From Candidatus Omnitrophota bacterium (GTDB lineage: Bacteria > Omnitrophota > Gorgyraeia > Gygaellales > Profunditerraquicolaceae), in contig CAWDSS010000010.1 of assembly GCA_963805065.1 (NCBI GenBank), positions 339,696 to 403,695 on the forward strand: DNA of 64,000 bases, written 5' to 3'. Numbering within the stretch: the stretch's first letter is position 1; each line of letters starts with the position of its first letter. Shown piece by piece: positions 48,601 to 58,500 of this stretch. The position numbers and the translations under genes are program-made. Under the pieces are notes generated by a model. The model saw only the letters and a program-made list of their open reading frames with translations. It was not told the origin of the DNA and did not search any database.

Positions 48601-48858
48601 GCCTTGCTTGGAAACGCCCACAAACAAGACTGCCTCTTTTAACTCGGCAATTCTTGCGTGCGGGATAGCCACGCCATTTCCTATGCCGGTAGTGCCCAGT
48701 TTCTCTCTCTTAAGCAGGCTCTCTAAAACCTGTTTTTTATCTTTAATCTTGCGGCACTTATACAGCTGGTCCACAATTTCCAGAATTACGCCTTCTGAGG
48801 TAGTGGATTTTAAACTTGCATTCAACTGCTCTTTAAATACTAAATCGGAAATCTTCAT
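45622..48858 (-). CDS. Cation-transporting P-type ATPase (type II/III-like) with an N-terminal PTS EIIA(Ntr)-type domain
   Basis: ATPase motifs DKTGTLT, TGDGVNDAPAL and MITGD are present. The N-terminal ~150 aa (about 48408-48858) carry GTTGIGNGVAIPHAR..SLDGKPV..HLKILSKIVSLL, paralogous to ptsN in this window. Start ATG 48858 (MKISDLV) follows AAGGAA. Confidence 0.9.
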   Translation of the reverse strand: MKISDLVFKEQLNASLKSTTSEGVILEIVDQLYKCRKIKDKKQVLESLLKREKLGTTGIGNGVAIPHARIAELKEAVLFVGVSKQGIKFSSLDGKPVNLVMLFLTPLLESELHLKILSKIVSLLNNKVFTSQLLNSPNNDELFRLFKQKGIEREEFLALTKDEIYLELASSDNGISEVSAKKRLEVYGLNKLKAIRKTPLIIRFLSNFTNLLAILMWVGGALCFLAQMPEAGWACIVVIFVNAIFSFWQESKAEKAIQALNKLIPSFARVIREGTEKKVPTSDIVPGDIIIIEEGDNIPADARLIEAQELRVNNSAFSGESKLSHKMAEAFHDSKGFLWLEMPNLVFAGTSVASGMGKAVVVATGMATEIGKIAYLTQTVKEELSPLQREVNRISQLIAGISVLMGFIFFFVGLAFTKMTLIASAMFAIGIILANVPQGLMPTLTLALSMAVLRMAKKHALIKKLSSVETLGCTNVICTDKTGTLTTNQMSVRKIWINNKVIEVTGSGYDPEGEFILSGKAISSNDLKNDNLDILIRAGVLCNTAKLVAPTEAQNYWSIIGDPTEGALLTLALKAGFDNEKERQNYPFQKRFPFESVRKRMSTINKLAEGKLCACVKGAPKELLELSGKIMVGKDSIDLTPEKKSEIIRQIDNFAQDGLRILGFACRNLEAKDIPDATAQTVEKDLIFIGIAAMYDPPRPEVKQAVAVCRKAGIRVVMITGDYQITALSIARQVGIVASDNPEVITGIELADLSDEQLKDKLTKKEVVFARVNPEHKLRVVNIFKELGNIVAVTGDGVNDAPALKRADIGVAMGMRGTDVAKESAEMVLIDDNFASIVAAIEEGRAVFDNIKKFITYIFAHLVPEAIPFIFYVLLKIPVPITVMQILAIDLGTETLPALALGIEKPEPGIMELPPRPKKKGVIDKIVLSRGYIILGLLNSVAVLSAYYFVLLQGGWRPGMQLEPNDTTFTNPLHLKAATIVFIGIVVMQIANVFACRSEKLSAFKIGFFSNKLILWGIVFELSFACMLIYVPFFQKIFNTIGLGWQEWGMLFAFMVVIFCLEELRKKMLRKGVTIPTR

Positions 48859-48880
48859 ATGTTCCTTTCTTACGCCTCTA

Positions 48881-48911
48881 CAAAAACTAAACCAGAGAAC
48901 GCCTTCTCTGG
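48881..48911 (-). terminator. Leader (attenuator) terminator just upstream of the ATPase RBS
   Basis: The minus sense reads CCAGAGAA-GGCG-TTCTCTGG followed by TTTAGTTTTTG. An upstream GAGAAC can compete for GTTCTC. Confidence 0.6.
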
Positions 48912-49121
48912 TGTGTTCTCTCAATCGGGCTTACGAGGTTAGCTGTCGGGCTCGGGCTGAGTTACCCTAATCCTTTTTAAGGGATATTCGCCCCAAAAGG
49001 GGCGTACTTGGCAATCCTTTATGCCAAGGTGCGCCCCAAGATCTCATCACAAGATCAATCTTGGTTTCCCCGCTATCTTTTAATTCTACAAAAACAAGAA
49101 TTAAAAGAGATTAAGCATATT
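48912..49121 (-). promoter_or_regulatory. Structured 5' leader of the ATPase gene (unclassified riboswitch or attenuator candidate)
   Basis: Helices include CCAAGAT..ATCTTGG and CTTGGCA..TGCCAAG. CGCCCC can pair either with the upstream GGGGCG or with the downstream TTTT-GGGGCG, which are mutually exclusive. Confidence 0.45.
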
Positions 49122-49127
49122 GAAATA

Positions 49128-49155
49128 ATATTACCATAAAAAACTGTTTTGTCAA
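49128..49155 (-). promoter_or_regulatory. Sigma70-type promoter of the ATPase gene
   Basis: The minus sense reads TTGACA-N16-TAATAT with a TG extension, which implies a leader of about 260 nt. Confidence 0.55.
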
Positions 49156-49213
49156 GTGGGAGACCCATTAATGGAGCTTCCACTTGATTCTGAGGCTGTG
49201 TCGAAGAATCCAG

Positions 49214-49909
49214 CTAAATGTACAAAGATGAATCTTCGCGCGAAACAACCCTGCCGTCCTTAAGATAAATCACCCTCTCTGCCCGCGAGCCTAGCTTAGG
49301 GTTATGCGTGGTCAATATTACGGTTAGATTTTCTTTCTTGTTTAAATCAGCTAGCAAGCCGAAAATATCTTCGCTGCTTTTTGTATCCAGGTTTCCCGTT
49401 GGCTCATCGGCAAAAAGGATCTTTGGCGAGGTAATCAGGGCACGGGCAATAGCCACCCTCTGTTTCTCTCCTCCGGAAAGCTCTTTTGGTAGATGATTTA
49501 TACGCTTTCCCAGGCCGACCCGTTCCAATAATCCTCTAGCCTGCCTAGCCTGCTGCGGCAGTCGCGCAAAAAGCAAAGGCAGTTGCACGTTTTCAATCGC
49601 TGTAAGCGTAGGGATAAGCAAAAAATCCTGAAACACAAACCCTAAAGACTTACGGCGCATTGAGACAAGTATATTCTCCTTTGCCTGCGAAACATCTTTA
49701 CCGAGTATATTTAGACTTCCACTTGTAATTGTAGTCAAGCAGCCAAGGCTATCAAGTAGCGTAGTCTTACCTGAGCCTGATGGACCCATAATGGCGATAA
49801 AATCTCCTTCCACTACCTCAAGGTTAACATTGCGCACAGCATAAATCTCTTCGGCCAAGAGCTTATAAACTTTAGTCAATTCATTTGCTTTAATCACGTA
49901 GTCTTTCAT
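49214..49909 (-). CDS. ABC transporter ATP-binding protein (MacB/LolD/FtsE type)
   Basis: Walker A GPSGSGKTT, signature LSGGEKQR, Walker B ILFADEPT. Confidence 0.9.
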   Translation of the reverse strand: MKDYVIKANELTKVYKLLAEEIYAVRNVNLEVVEGDFIAIMGPSGSGKTTLLDSLGCLTTITSGSLNILGKDVSQAKENILVSMRRKSLGFVFQDFLLIPTLTAIENVQLPLLFARLPQQARQARGLLERVGLGKRINHLPKELSGGEKQRVAIARALITSPKILFADEPTGNLDTKSSEDIFGLLADLNKKENLTVILTTHNPKLGSRAERVIYLKDGRVVSREDSSLYI

Positions 49910-49911
49910 AG

Positions 49912-51099
49912 CTATTCTCCCGCGCGAATCGCTTCTACCGGTTTCATTAGCGACGCCCGCAATGCCGGATATGCTCCGGCTATCAAACCCATAGCCACTG
50001 TGGAAAAAAAGGCAATCAAAAGAAACTCCGGCTTAATCAGCACAAGTCTTCCAGAAGGCGCATAAGGCAAGGTGTGCCGGATAACCTTCTCCACAAGCGC
50101 GCTCCCTGCGGATGCAAAAATCACCCCGAATAATCCGCCGAATACGCAGATCAGTATAGTCTCGGTCCAGATTATTTTAAAAATATCCACAGCAGAAGCA
50201 CCTAATGCTTTCATTACGCCTATTTCGCGCGTGCGCTCAAAGACAGACATCAGGATTGTGTTGGTTACGCCGATAACTGCAATAAAAATAGCGATTAACG
50301 CTATGGAATTGGCCATTGCCCGCGCCGAAGCCACGAGGTTGAGGATCGTGCCGCGCACCTGGGCAAGGCTGACCACCTGAATACCGGGTTCGTTGTAAAG
50401 TGATTCTTCGAATTCACCTATCTGCTGGATATTTTTGAGTTTTATCCCGATACCAGTGAGCTTTCCCGGAAGATTAAATATACGCTGGGCAGTAGCAAGC
50501 GGGATAAAAGTAATCCCGTCATCCTGCGTGCCGGTACGCTGGAATATCCCTTTTACGGTCAGCACCTTGTTGATATTGGGGACAAAAATCTGATCGCCTA
50601 CTAATCGCTGCTCTAATTCCGCAGCCTCATAACCCATGATCGCCTCGTCTACATCCGGAGCGGAAAACCATCCGCCGGATTTGAACTTCGACCAGGGTTT
50701 TAAATCAAGGTAAGATTTATCTATGCCCATATATAGGGCAAATGTGCCGCGCTTCTGCGGCCCGCCCTCCTGATTATAAACGCTAGAAACCAACTGAGGC
50801 GTGATTTTATCTATACGCGGGTCTTTTATTATACGCTTATAAACCGTATCATCCATATAGCGTAGCCCGCCGCCTCCCTGAAGCATAAGCGTTGCTGCCT
50901 CATAGGGACAACCCTTAGCTGTAACTAAAAGATGATAACCAAGTTTATCAATATCCTTATTTAACCCGTTTTGATAACCTGCGTCAAAACCAAAGAGGCT
51001 AACCAAAACAGCTACAGCTACCGCTACTCCTCCAACTGTCAAGGCAGTGCGAATTTTCTTGCGTTTGAGGTTCTTATATGCAACAGAGATAATTTTCAT
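49912..51099 (-). CDS. ABC transporter permease, FtsX/MacB type
   Basis: 395 aa with one N-terminal TM, a large periplasmic loop and three C-terminal TM helices. Confidence 0.8.
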   Translation of the reverse strand: MKIISVAYKNLKRKKIRTALTVGGVAVAVAVLVSLFGFDAGYQNGLNKDIDKLGYHLLVTAKGCPYEAATLMLQGGGGLRYMDDTVYKRIIKDPRIDKITPQLVSSVYNQEGGPQKRGTFALYMGIDKSYLDLKPWSKFKSGGWFSAPDVDEAIMGYEAAELEQRLVGDQIFVPNINKVLTVKGIFQRTGTQDDGITFIPLATAQRIFNLPGKLTGIGIKLKNIQQIGEFEESLYNEPGIQVVSLAQVRGTILNLVASARAMANSIALIAIFIAVIGVTNTILMSVFERTREIGVMKALGASAVDIFKIIWTETILICVFGGLFGVIFASAGSALVEKVIRHTLPYAPSGRLVLIKPEFLLIAFFSTVAMGLIAGAYPALRASLMKPVEAIRAGE

Positions 51100-51470
51100 T
51101 TAAACTCAACTCCTTCTCCGATAACGGAAATTTGATTATACTCTTTTTTCACCTTACCCTGCGTAGCTACACTGCGGCCGATTGCCTGCGGTATGGCTAT
51201 TTCAGAAGGATGCAAATCAACTAATATAACTCCCGTAGCATCCTTAAGCATGAACCATCCTCCGGCAGGGCACTCCTGAACAATTTTTCCCTCCAGCCGT
51301 ACGGACTTTCCGGCGAACTGATCCGGTTGCTTTAAGATTTCTGCCACAGCAGTAACTTTTGTTTGGCTAAGCTGGCTACCGTAAGTTTCCGGCTTCTTAG
51401 CGCAGCCATAGACAACAAACCATATGGAAATCCCCAAAATCAACGCAAAAACGAATAATATTTTCTTCAT
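51096..51470 (-). CDS. Small lipoprotein, function unknown
   Basis: Signal peptide with lipobox-like VVYGC. Overlaps the permease start. Confidence 0.5.
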   Translation of the reverse strand: MKKILFVFALILGISIWFVVYGCAKKPETYGSQLSQTKVTAVAEILKQPDQFAGKSVRLEGKIVQECPAGGWFMLKDATGVILVDLHPSEIAIPQAIGRSVATQGKVKKEYNQISVIGEGVEFK

Positions 51471-51482
51471 CTAAACCCTCCT

Positions 51483-52073
51483 TTATTCGTGTGAAAGTAG
51501 CAGCATATCCAGTAGGATCAGATTTTTCTTCAGCCCACGCAATGTCGCCCGGAAATCCTCAGGGCTATTTGCGCTAGGGTCATTTATAGAAAGATTTCCT
51601 TTTATGAAATCATCAAGGGTTAATCCGTTGAACTTGGAAGTAAATTTGGCATCCATAAACTTACCTGCTTCCGGAGAAGACATCCTCTGGTAGTAGAAAT
51701 TAATTATTTTGCCTTTAGTGTCCGTGGCAATAATAAGCTGAATACCTCCGTATTTACCTTTTTGGTTTACTCCGTGGATATAGCCGATTGCCTCTTTACC
51801 CTTAAGTATGGTGTAAAAAGAATAGGGCACGTCAATATTCTCATAGACCGGCTCAAGCTTATCCTTAAGTTTATCCTCTATTTCTTTCTTCAGGGCCTCT
51901 CCACCCTTTTCCTTAATGGTAATGAAGGTGGTCTTGTAACCAGTGGACTCGGGGAATATTCTTTTTACGTCACGGTCCGGATCATTGAGACTGCAGCCTA
52001 CTGCAGCGTAGGCAACCTCTGCGAAGAAAATCAGAATAGCGAAAACCAATAAAGTTTTAAGAATCTTTTTCAT
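51483..52073 (-). CDS. Secreted protein with an FMN_bind-like (RnfG/NosR-type) domain lacking the flavinylated Thr motif
   Basis: Signal peptide present. GYIHGVNQKGKYGGIQLIIATDTKGKIINF resembles FMN_bind, but the expected SGAT(S/T) position reads PSANS. The assignment is tentative. Confidence 0.4.
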   Translation of the reverse strand: MKKILKTLLVFAILIFFAEVAYAAVGCSLNDPDRDVKRIFPESTGYKTTFITIKEKGGEALKKEIEDKLKDKLEPVYENIDVPYSFYTILKGKEAIGYIHGVNQKGKYGGIQLIIATDTKGKIINFYYQRMSSPEAGKFMDAKFTSKFNGLTLDDFIKGNLSINDPSANSPEDFRATLRGLKKNLILLDMLLLSHE

Positions 52074-52074
52074 C

Positions 52075-53094
52075 TTAAGCCCCCAGGAAATAAAATTGCA
52101 CTACAAATCTATCTTCCGGCTTTGTATCCATCATTCCGAAATCATGCAAGTATGCCGCGCTCAGTTTTGTTGATTGGCTTAGCCTGTATGTTGCACCAAA
52201 AGTAAGCGTAGGCTCATCGCTAGAACTCGTATGTAAATCGTTGATCCATGATTTATACTGCAACTCAAAATCTATGTTCTGATGGGAAGGGAGCGTGTAA
52301 ACTATCTCAGTCAGATAACCCAATACTTCATCCTTATCATCGCGACCGTAAGCACACTCTCCCTTAAAAAGAAACGGGCCGTAAAGATACTGACCGTCTA
52401 AGCCTACTCTATTCTTATTCACCGCATCGGGCGACAACAGTTTATTTTCAGGAAAAGTGCGCATGCCTTCGCTTTCTAGGGTACGGCCGGATAATAATGA
52501 AAGCCCGCCTTGCAAATTTCTACCTTGAGGTGTTCCTATTCTTAGCGTTGCCAGATAGCTGTCGTCTTGGCGGCGTATGCTCATGCCTGATCCTGTTTGC
52601 AGACTGGCTTCGTAATCAAACTTGGGAAACGATCCGCGCATCTGCACACCCCAGTCTTTGTTGAATCCAATATCCTGCTCAGCCAGAGTCTGCAGTAACG
52701 TGCTATGTGTGTCTACCACTGGCTCAAGGCCAAACGAGGGGGTAAAATGCCCACCCCTTATCTTCGCATACTGAGAAAACTTATATTCTAACCAGGCGTT
52801 GTGAATCTCCGCCCCCCATGCCTCATGGGAATTCTTTGTGCTATCATAGGCAGCACGCACCTGAAGGTCAACGGTAAGAAAATCTCCGTAATCTCCGGAA
52901 TACTTACGGTAAAATTCAAAACCCAGGGAGCTATTCATCATGCCGTTTTTATCAATCCAGCGGTCGCGGCTAGAATAGCCACCGATAAGATTTATCTCTT
53001 TGTAAAAAAGCGATTCGCCGGAATAAGCAAATTTATTGAACTCGATAAGAGCAATTAAATTAAAAAGAAAAATTATTATGATTTTTGTCTTCAT
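52075..53094 (-). CDS. Putative outer-membrane beta-barrel protein
   Basis: Signal peptide, alternating aromatic and polar beta-strand pattern, Gly/Tyr-rich composition. Confidence 0.5.
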   Translation of the reverse strand: MKTKIIIIFLFNLIALIEFNKFAYSGESLFYKEINLIGGYSSRDRWIDKNGMMNSSLGFEFYRKYSGDYGDFLTVDLQVRAAYDSTKNSHEAWGAEIHNAWLEYKFSQYAKIRGGHFTPSFGLEPVVDTHSTLLQTLAEQDIGFNKDWGVQMRGSFPKFDYEASLQTGSGMSIRRQDDSYLATLRIGTPQGRNLQGGLSLLSGRTLESEGMRTFPENKLLSPDAVNKNRVGLDGQYLYGPFLFKGECAYGRDDKDEVLGYLTEIVYTLPSHQNIDFELQYKSWINDLHTSSSDEPTLTFGATYRLSQSTKLSAAYLHDFGMMDTKPEDRFVVQFYFLGA

Positions 53095-53169
53095 GCTTGG
53101 CTTAATGTAATCAGGTCTTCTATATTATACTCTCCTACCGTATCTAAAGTAAGAAAAAATAATTTTCGG

Positions 53170-53961
53170 CTAACCGAAGAATTTATCTCCCTGCGCCTTA
53201 ATTATTTGCCGGGCTGCTTTTCTGCCTGATAGAAGCATTCCGCCAAATATCGGCCCCATGCGCGGACCTCCAAATACGGCATTTGCGCACATTCCACAGG
53301 CATAAAGCCCGGGGCAAATTTCTTTGGAGTTCTTTACTATGGTATCTTCTCCTACCTCTGCCCACATCGATTGTTCACCCATAATTTTGCCGGTTTTGGT
53401 ATTCAGCTTAATTCCGGATTTTCGTTCCACAATCCGCGCTACCTCTGCAGGATGTCCGGTAGCATCAACCACGAATTTCGCTCTCATGGTAATCGGATCA
53501 ACATGCAGGTTAGCCATTTCCACAGACGTCCAGTTTAAAACTAAGCCGCAAACACGCTTAGTCCTTACCATTACATCCTCGACACTTAAAAGGTTAAAAA
53601 TCTTTAAACCAGCATGTACGCTTTGCGAACATATCGTAGACACTGCATCTATGGAATCAGCAAGATAATAACCATCTTCATATTTTCTGGTTTTGACTCC
53701 AAACTCATCAAGAATTTTCTTCGCCTCTTTTTGCACTACTATCTGATTAAACATTATCCCGCCGCCCCACATGCCTCCGCCTACGGATAGTTTACGCTCA
53801 AATAAAACTACCTTTACTTTAGCCTTAGCCAAATAGTATCCGCATACCATGCCCGCTGGACCGGCTCCGGCTATTGCCACATCTACATCCAGAGATTCAA
53901 TCAGCTTATTATTGTAAGATTCGATAATTGCCCGTGATATTTTTATTTCATCCAATGCCAT
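53170..53961 (-). CDS. thi4: Thiazole synthase, Thi4 family
   Basis: [34 protein letters not shown] motif; preceded by a TPP riboswitch. Confidence 0.9.
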   Translation of the reverse strand: MALDEIKISRAIIESYNNKLIESLDVDVAIAGAGPAGMVCGYYLAKAKVKVVLFERKLSVGGGMWGGGIMFNQIVVQKEAKKILDEFGVKTRKYEDGYYLADSIDAVSTICSQSVHAGLKIFNLLSVEDVMVRTKRVCGLVLNWTSVEMANLHVDPITMRAKFVVDATGHPAEVARIVERKSGIKLNTKTGKIMGEQSMWAEVGEDTIVKNSKEICPGLYACGMCANAVFGGPRMGPIFGGMLLSGRKAARQIIKAQGDKFFG

Positions 53962-54030
53962 TTTAGTGCTCCTTTCGTTTACCCCAAAACAAAACCCCTA
54001 TGCCATTTGCATAAGGGTTATACATTCATT

Positions 54031-54127
54031 CCTCCTTTCCCTCCGCTGGCATTATCCAGATCAGGTTCATCGGGTAATCCGCTTATTTCGCGAAACTCTC
54101 AGGCTGACCTACAGCCTCCCCAGTTCT
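54031..54127 (-). promoter_or_regulatory. TPP (THI-box) riboswitch
   Basis: The minus sense reads ACTGGGGAGGCTGTAGGTCAGCCTGAGAGTTTCGCGAAATAAGCGGATTACCCGATGAACCTGATCTGGATAATGCCAGCGGAGGGAAAGGAGG. It contains the CTGAGA, ACCC, TGAACCTGATC-GGATAATGCC-GCG and AGGGA blocks. Confidence 0.9.
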
Positions 54128-54153
54128 GACAACAATATTATTAAATCATAAAA

Positions 54154-55580
54154 TTAAGTATCTAACAAGTACTTATCAATACCCTCTGCTGCCAGCCTTC
54201 CTTCCTGAATCGCCCAAACAATTAAGGATTGGCCCCTGTGCATATCTCCGCAAGAAAACACTCTCTTTGCTGAAGTCATAAAGTTTTCATCGGTTTTGAC
54301 ATTGCCGCGCGTATCCAATGCTAAATTAAGCTCTTCTATGGGGCCTTTTTTCTCCGGATGCAGGAACCCCAAAGCCAGGATTACCAAATCCGCTTCAATT
54401 TCAAATCCTGAACCAGCTACTTCTTTCATCACCAGGCAGCCGGTTGCGTCTTTTTTAAATTCAACCCTTACACAGGAAAGTTTGTTAACTTGACCGTTTT
54501 TGCCTATGAATTTTTTGGTTAAGACCGCCCAATCTCTTTTGCCCCCTTCTTCATGGCTGGTAGAGGTTTTTAACAGCATGGGGTATTTTGGCCAAGGGCA
54601 ATCACAGGTGCGGCATTCCGCAGGCTTAGCTAAAAGTTCAATCTGGACCACACAGTTTGCTTTTTGCCTGTGCGCTACTCCCACGCAATCAGCGCCAGTA
54701 TCTCCGCCGCCGATAACCACGACTTTTTTATTTTTCGCATCAATGATATTTTCAGGCGTAAATTTAGCTCCTGCTATCCTCTTATTTGATTGTATTAAAT
54801 AATCCATGGCAAAATAAATGCCTTCTAGATCCCTGCCCTCGATACTTAAATCTCGAGGCGCGCGGCTGCCTGCAGCAAGGCAAACCGCATCAAATTCCTT
54901 TAATAATTTTTGCGCACTTTTATCCACTCCTACATTAACCTTAGTTTTAAATTTAATCCCTTCCTCCTCCCAGATTTTAATCCGCCTGTCTATAATCCAT
55001 TTTTCCAGTTTAAAATCCGGGATACCGTAGCGCAAGATCCCTCCCGATATTATCGTCCCTTTCAAACACAACCACGCTATGCCCGGCCTTATTCAATTCG
55101 GTCAGCGCAAGATAAGCCTGCTGGCCCGGAACCAATAACTGCAATTTTTTTGCCAGTGCGTTTTTTAGGCGGCCTGGACTTGATTAATCCTTGTTTAAAA
55201 GCCTGCTCAATAATCGCTAATTCATTTTCCCTTATTGTTACCGGGTCATCATTAATCCCTAAAACGCAGGCATATTCGCAGGGCGCAGGGCAAACCCTGC
55301 CGGTAATTTCCGGAAGATTATTTGTAGCATCCAGCAATTGAAACGCCCTCTCCCAATGCCCGTGAAATACCAAGTCATTCCATTCGGGAATATAATTTCC
55401 AATGGGACAGCCCCAATGGCAAAAAGGCGTACCGCAATCCATGCAGCGGGAAGCCTGGTCCTTAGAATGCTCTTCCTTGGGCAGCAAATTTACTTCCGCG
55501 AAATCCTTTATCCTTTCGCAGACCAGCCTGGGTTTTGTTGCTTCCCGCTTAATTTTCAAGAAACCTTTAACATCACCCAT
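54154..55580 (-). pseudogene. gltD: Glutamate synthase small subunit (NADPH), with two frameshifts
   Basis: The pieces are 55580-55089 and 55071-54154. The linker [29 protein letters not shown] reads in a third frame. The breaks are at about 55099 and 55039-55047. Confidence 0.85.
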
Positions 55581-58500
55581 CCGACACCTCGGCCAAATCT
55601 TCTTTCTCTTCTAAGATTTGTTCTTGTAAAATACGCTTATACTCTAAAGGCATAACTTTGACAAAATTATTTATTTCTTTCTCAAAATCATCCAGTATTC
55701 TTTTTGCCATGTCACTTTTTGTATACCTGTAATGATTATTCAGTAAATTTCTTATGGTTTCTTTATCAGCTTCAGCGGGCCCCTCTAATACAACCATACC
55801 CAGATTGCATTTATGTTCAAAATCTTTATCCGCATCATAGACATAGGCAATGCCGCCGGACATGCCAGCGCCAAAATTCCTGCCGGTCTTACCTAACACA
55901 ACCACCCTTCCTCCGGTCATATATTCACAACCATGGTCTCCCACTCCCTCAACCACTGCATAACAGCCCGGAATTTCTGATGCAAAATCTTTCTCCGGCA
56001 ACGCCGCTGATATATGCCTCTCCGTTGATTGCGCCATAAAAAGTGGTATTGCCTATAATAATATTCTCTTCCGGTTTATAAGTTGCTGTTTTTATCCGGA
56101 TAAATAATAATTTTTCCTCCGGAAATACCTTTGCCTACATAATCATTAGCCATGCCTTCTAATTCAAAAGTAATTCCTTTGGCCAAGCCAGGCGCCGAAA
56201 CTCTGGCCGGCCACGCCTTTAAATTTGCAATATATAGTATCCTCGCGTAAGGCCCTCTTCCCCGAACCTCCTGCAAACTTCTCCGCTTAACATTGCACCG
56301 GTAGTGCGGTTGGTATTTTTAATATCCTGTTCAATCTTTACCGGCTGGCTATTTTCTAATGCCGGCTTAGCCAATTCTATGAGTTTTAAATCCAGAATTT
56401 TGTCAATTCCATGGTCTTGTTTAATCACGCAATGAGTTCTAATCTCTTTGCTCACCTTTGGCCTGTAAAGAATGTTAGAAAAATCTATTTCTTTAGCTTT
56501 CCAGGGTAAGATTACTTTATTCGTTTCTAATAAATCAGTCCTGCCAATCATCTCATCGATACTTATGTATTCCGAAGGACGCCATAATTTCGCGTAATTC
56601 CTCAGCCACAAAACGAAAATAATTCATCAGGTATTCGGGCCTGCCCTGAAATCTTTTCTCCAGAATCTCATCCTGTGTGGCAATACCCAAAGAACAATTA
56701 TTCAGATTACAATGCCTTAGCATCACACAGCCCAAGACTACTAAAGCAGCGGTGCAAAAACCAAATTCTTCAGCGCCTAATATGGCGGCAATGGCAACAT
56801 CGCGGCCGGTGCGCATTTGTCCGTCGGTCTGAAGCCGCACCCTGCTTCTTAAATCATTTAACACCAGGGTCTGGTGTGTTTCTGAAATTCCCAGCTCCCA
56901 GGGAAGCCCCGCATGCTTAATTGAACTTAAAGGCGATGCGCCTGTTCCTCCGTCTCCTCCGGAAATTAAAATCATATCCGCATGGCCTTTGGCTACACCC
57001 GCGGCAATAGTCCCCACTCCGATTTCAGAAACTAATTTTACGCTGATGCGCGCTTTGGGGTTTACATTTTTCAAATCAAAAATCAATTGCGCCAAATCTT
57101 CAATGGAATAAATATCGTGATGCGGAGGCGGTGAGATTAAAGTCACTCCCGGAGTCGTATAACGTGTGCTGCGCGATAATTGCGCTGACTTTATGCCCGG
57201 GAAGCTGGCCGCCTTCTCCGGGTTTTGCGCCCTGGGCAATTTTAATTTGTAATTCATCGGCATTCACCAGATAATTCGTAGTCACTCCGAACCTGCCGGA
57301 GGCAACTTGTTTTATGGCGCTACGCACAGAATCGCCGTTGGGTAAGGGCGCGAAACGCGCAGGATCTTCTCCTCCCTCGCCGGTATTGGATTTGGCTTTC
57401 AGCCTGTTCATGGCAATAGCAATAGTTTCATGCGCCGACCTGCTAATTGAACCAAAACTCATTGCACCCGTGGCAAAACGCCTGACAATTTCATCTACAG
57501 GCTCAACTTTCTCTAAAGGAATGGGGCTAGGTTTCTTGAATTTAATCAGGCTTCTTAAGGTAGTAGGATTTTTTGACTGGTCATTGATCAATTTCGCAAA
57601 TTCCTGGTATTTTTTATAATTATTTTCCCGGGTTGCATCCTGCAAGGCAGAAATCGTATCAGGATTCCAAAGATGAAATTCCCCGTCTCTTTTCCACTGG
57701 TAAATTCCTCCGGTAGCTAAATAGGGAGTTTCGATTTTGTTGTTGGAAAAGGCTTGTTTATGCCTTAATATTGTCTCCTGCTCAATCGCTTTAAGATCAG
57801 CGCCGCCTATTCTGGATACTGTTCCTGTAAAGTATTTTTCAATAACATCGACGTTTAGGCCGAGTGCCTCAAATATTTGCGCACCCCGGTAACTTTGTAA
57901 AGTTGAAATCCCCATCTTGGAAAGTATCTTGAAGATGCCCTTATCAACTGCCTTTATGTAATGATGCAGCGCTGTCTCTAAATCTAAAGTCAACCCTTCC
58001 TGTTTTAACATATAACCGACTGCTTCATAGGCAAGATACGGGTTAATGCAATCAGCGCCATAGCCAAACAAAAGCGCAAAATGATGCACTTCCCTGGGCT
58101 CTGCACTCTCCACAATTATACTTATTTGCGTGCGTAAAGCCTTGCGGGTGAGATGATGGTGCATAGCTGCCACAGCTAAAAGCGAAGGTAATGCCGCATA
58201 ATCCGCATTCACTCCCCGGTCACTTAAAATAATAAATGTATAACCTTTTTTTATGGCTTGAGTTGCTTGTTGGCATATTTTATCTAACGCGCTCTTAAAA
58301 CTGCTTTTTCCGGAAGCCCTAAACAGTAATGATATTGTTTTGGTTTTAAAATTATTTATTTTAATTTTGCGTATTCGTTCTAATTCTTCGTTGCTCAAGA
58401 TAGGCTGTTTAACGTGCAGCTTATGGCAGTGTTGGTGAGTTTCCTGCAAAATATTTTTCTCAGGGCCAAGGTACATATCCAGGCTCATCACCAGCTCTTC

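Noticed and set aside
48912-49121. An M-box (Mg2+) or yybP-ykoY (Mn2+) riboswitch in the ATPase leader.
   Set aside because: From memory of the consensus sequences, there is no GUUAGGUGAGGCU or GCUAAAGCUCUAC (M-box), and no GGGGAGUAG, UUGACAUA or AGCAAGACC (yybP-ykoY). Only loose resemblances exist, such as ACAGCTAACCTCGTAAG and TTGGCATAAAGG.
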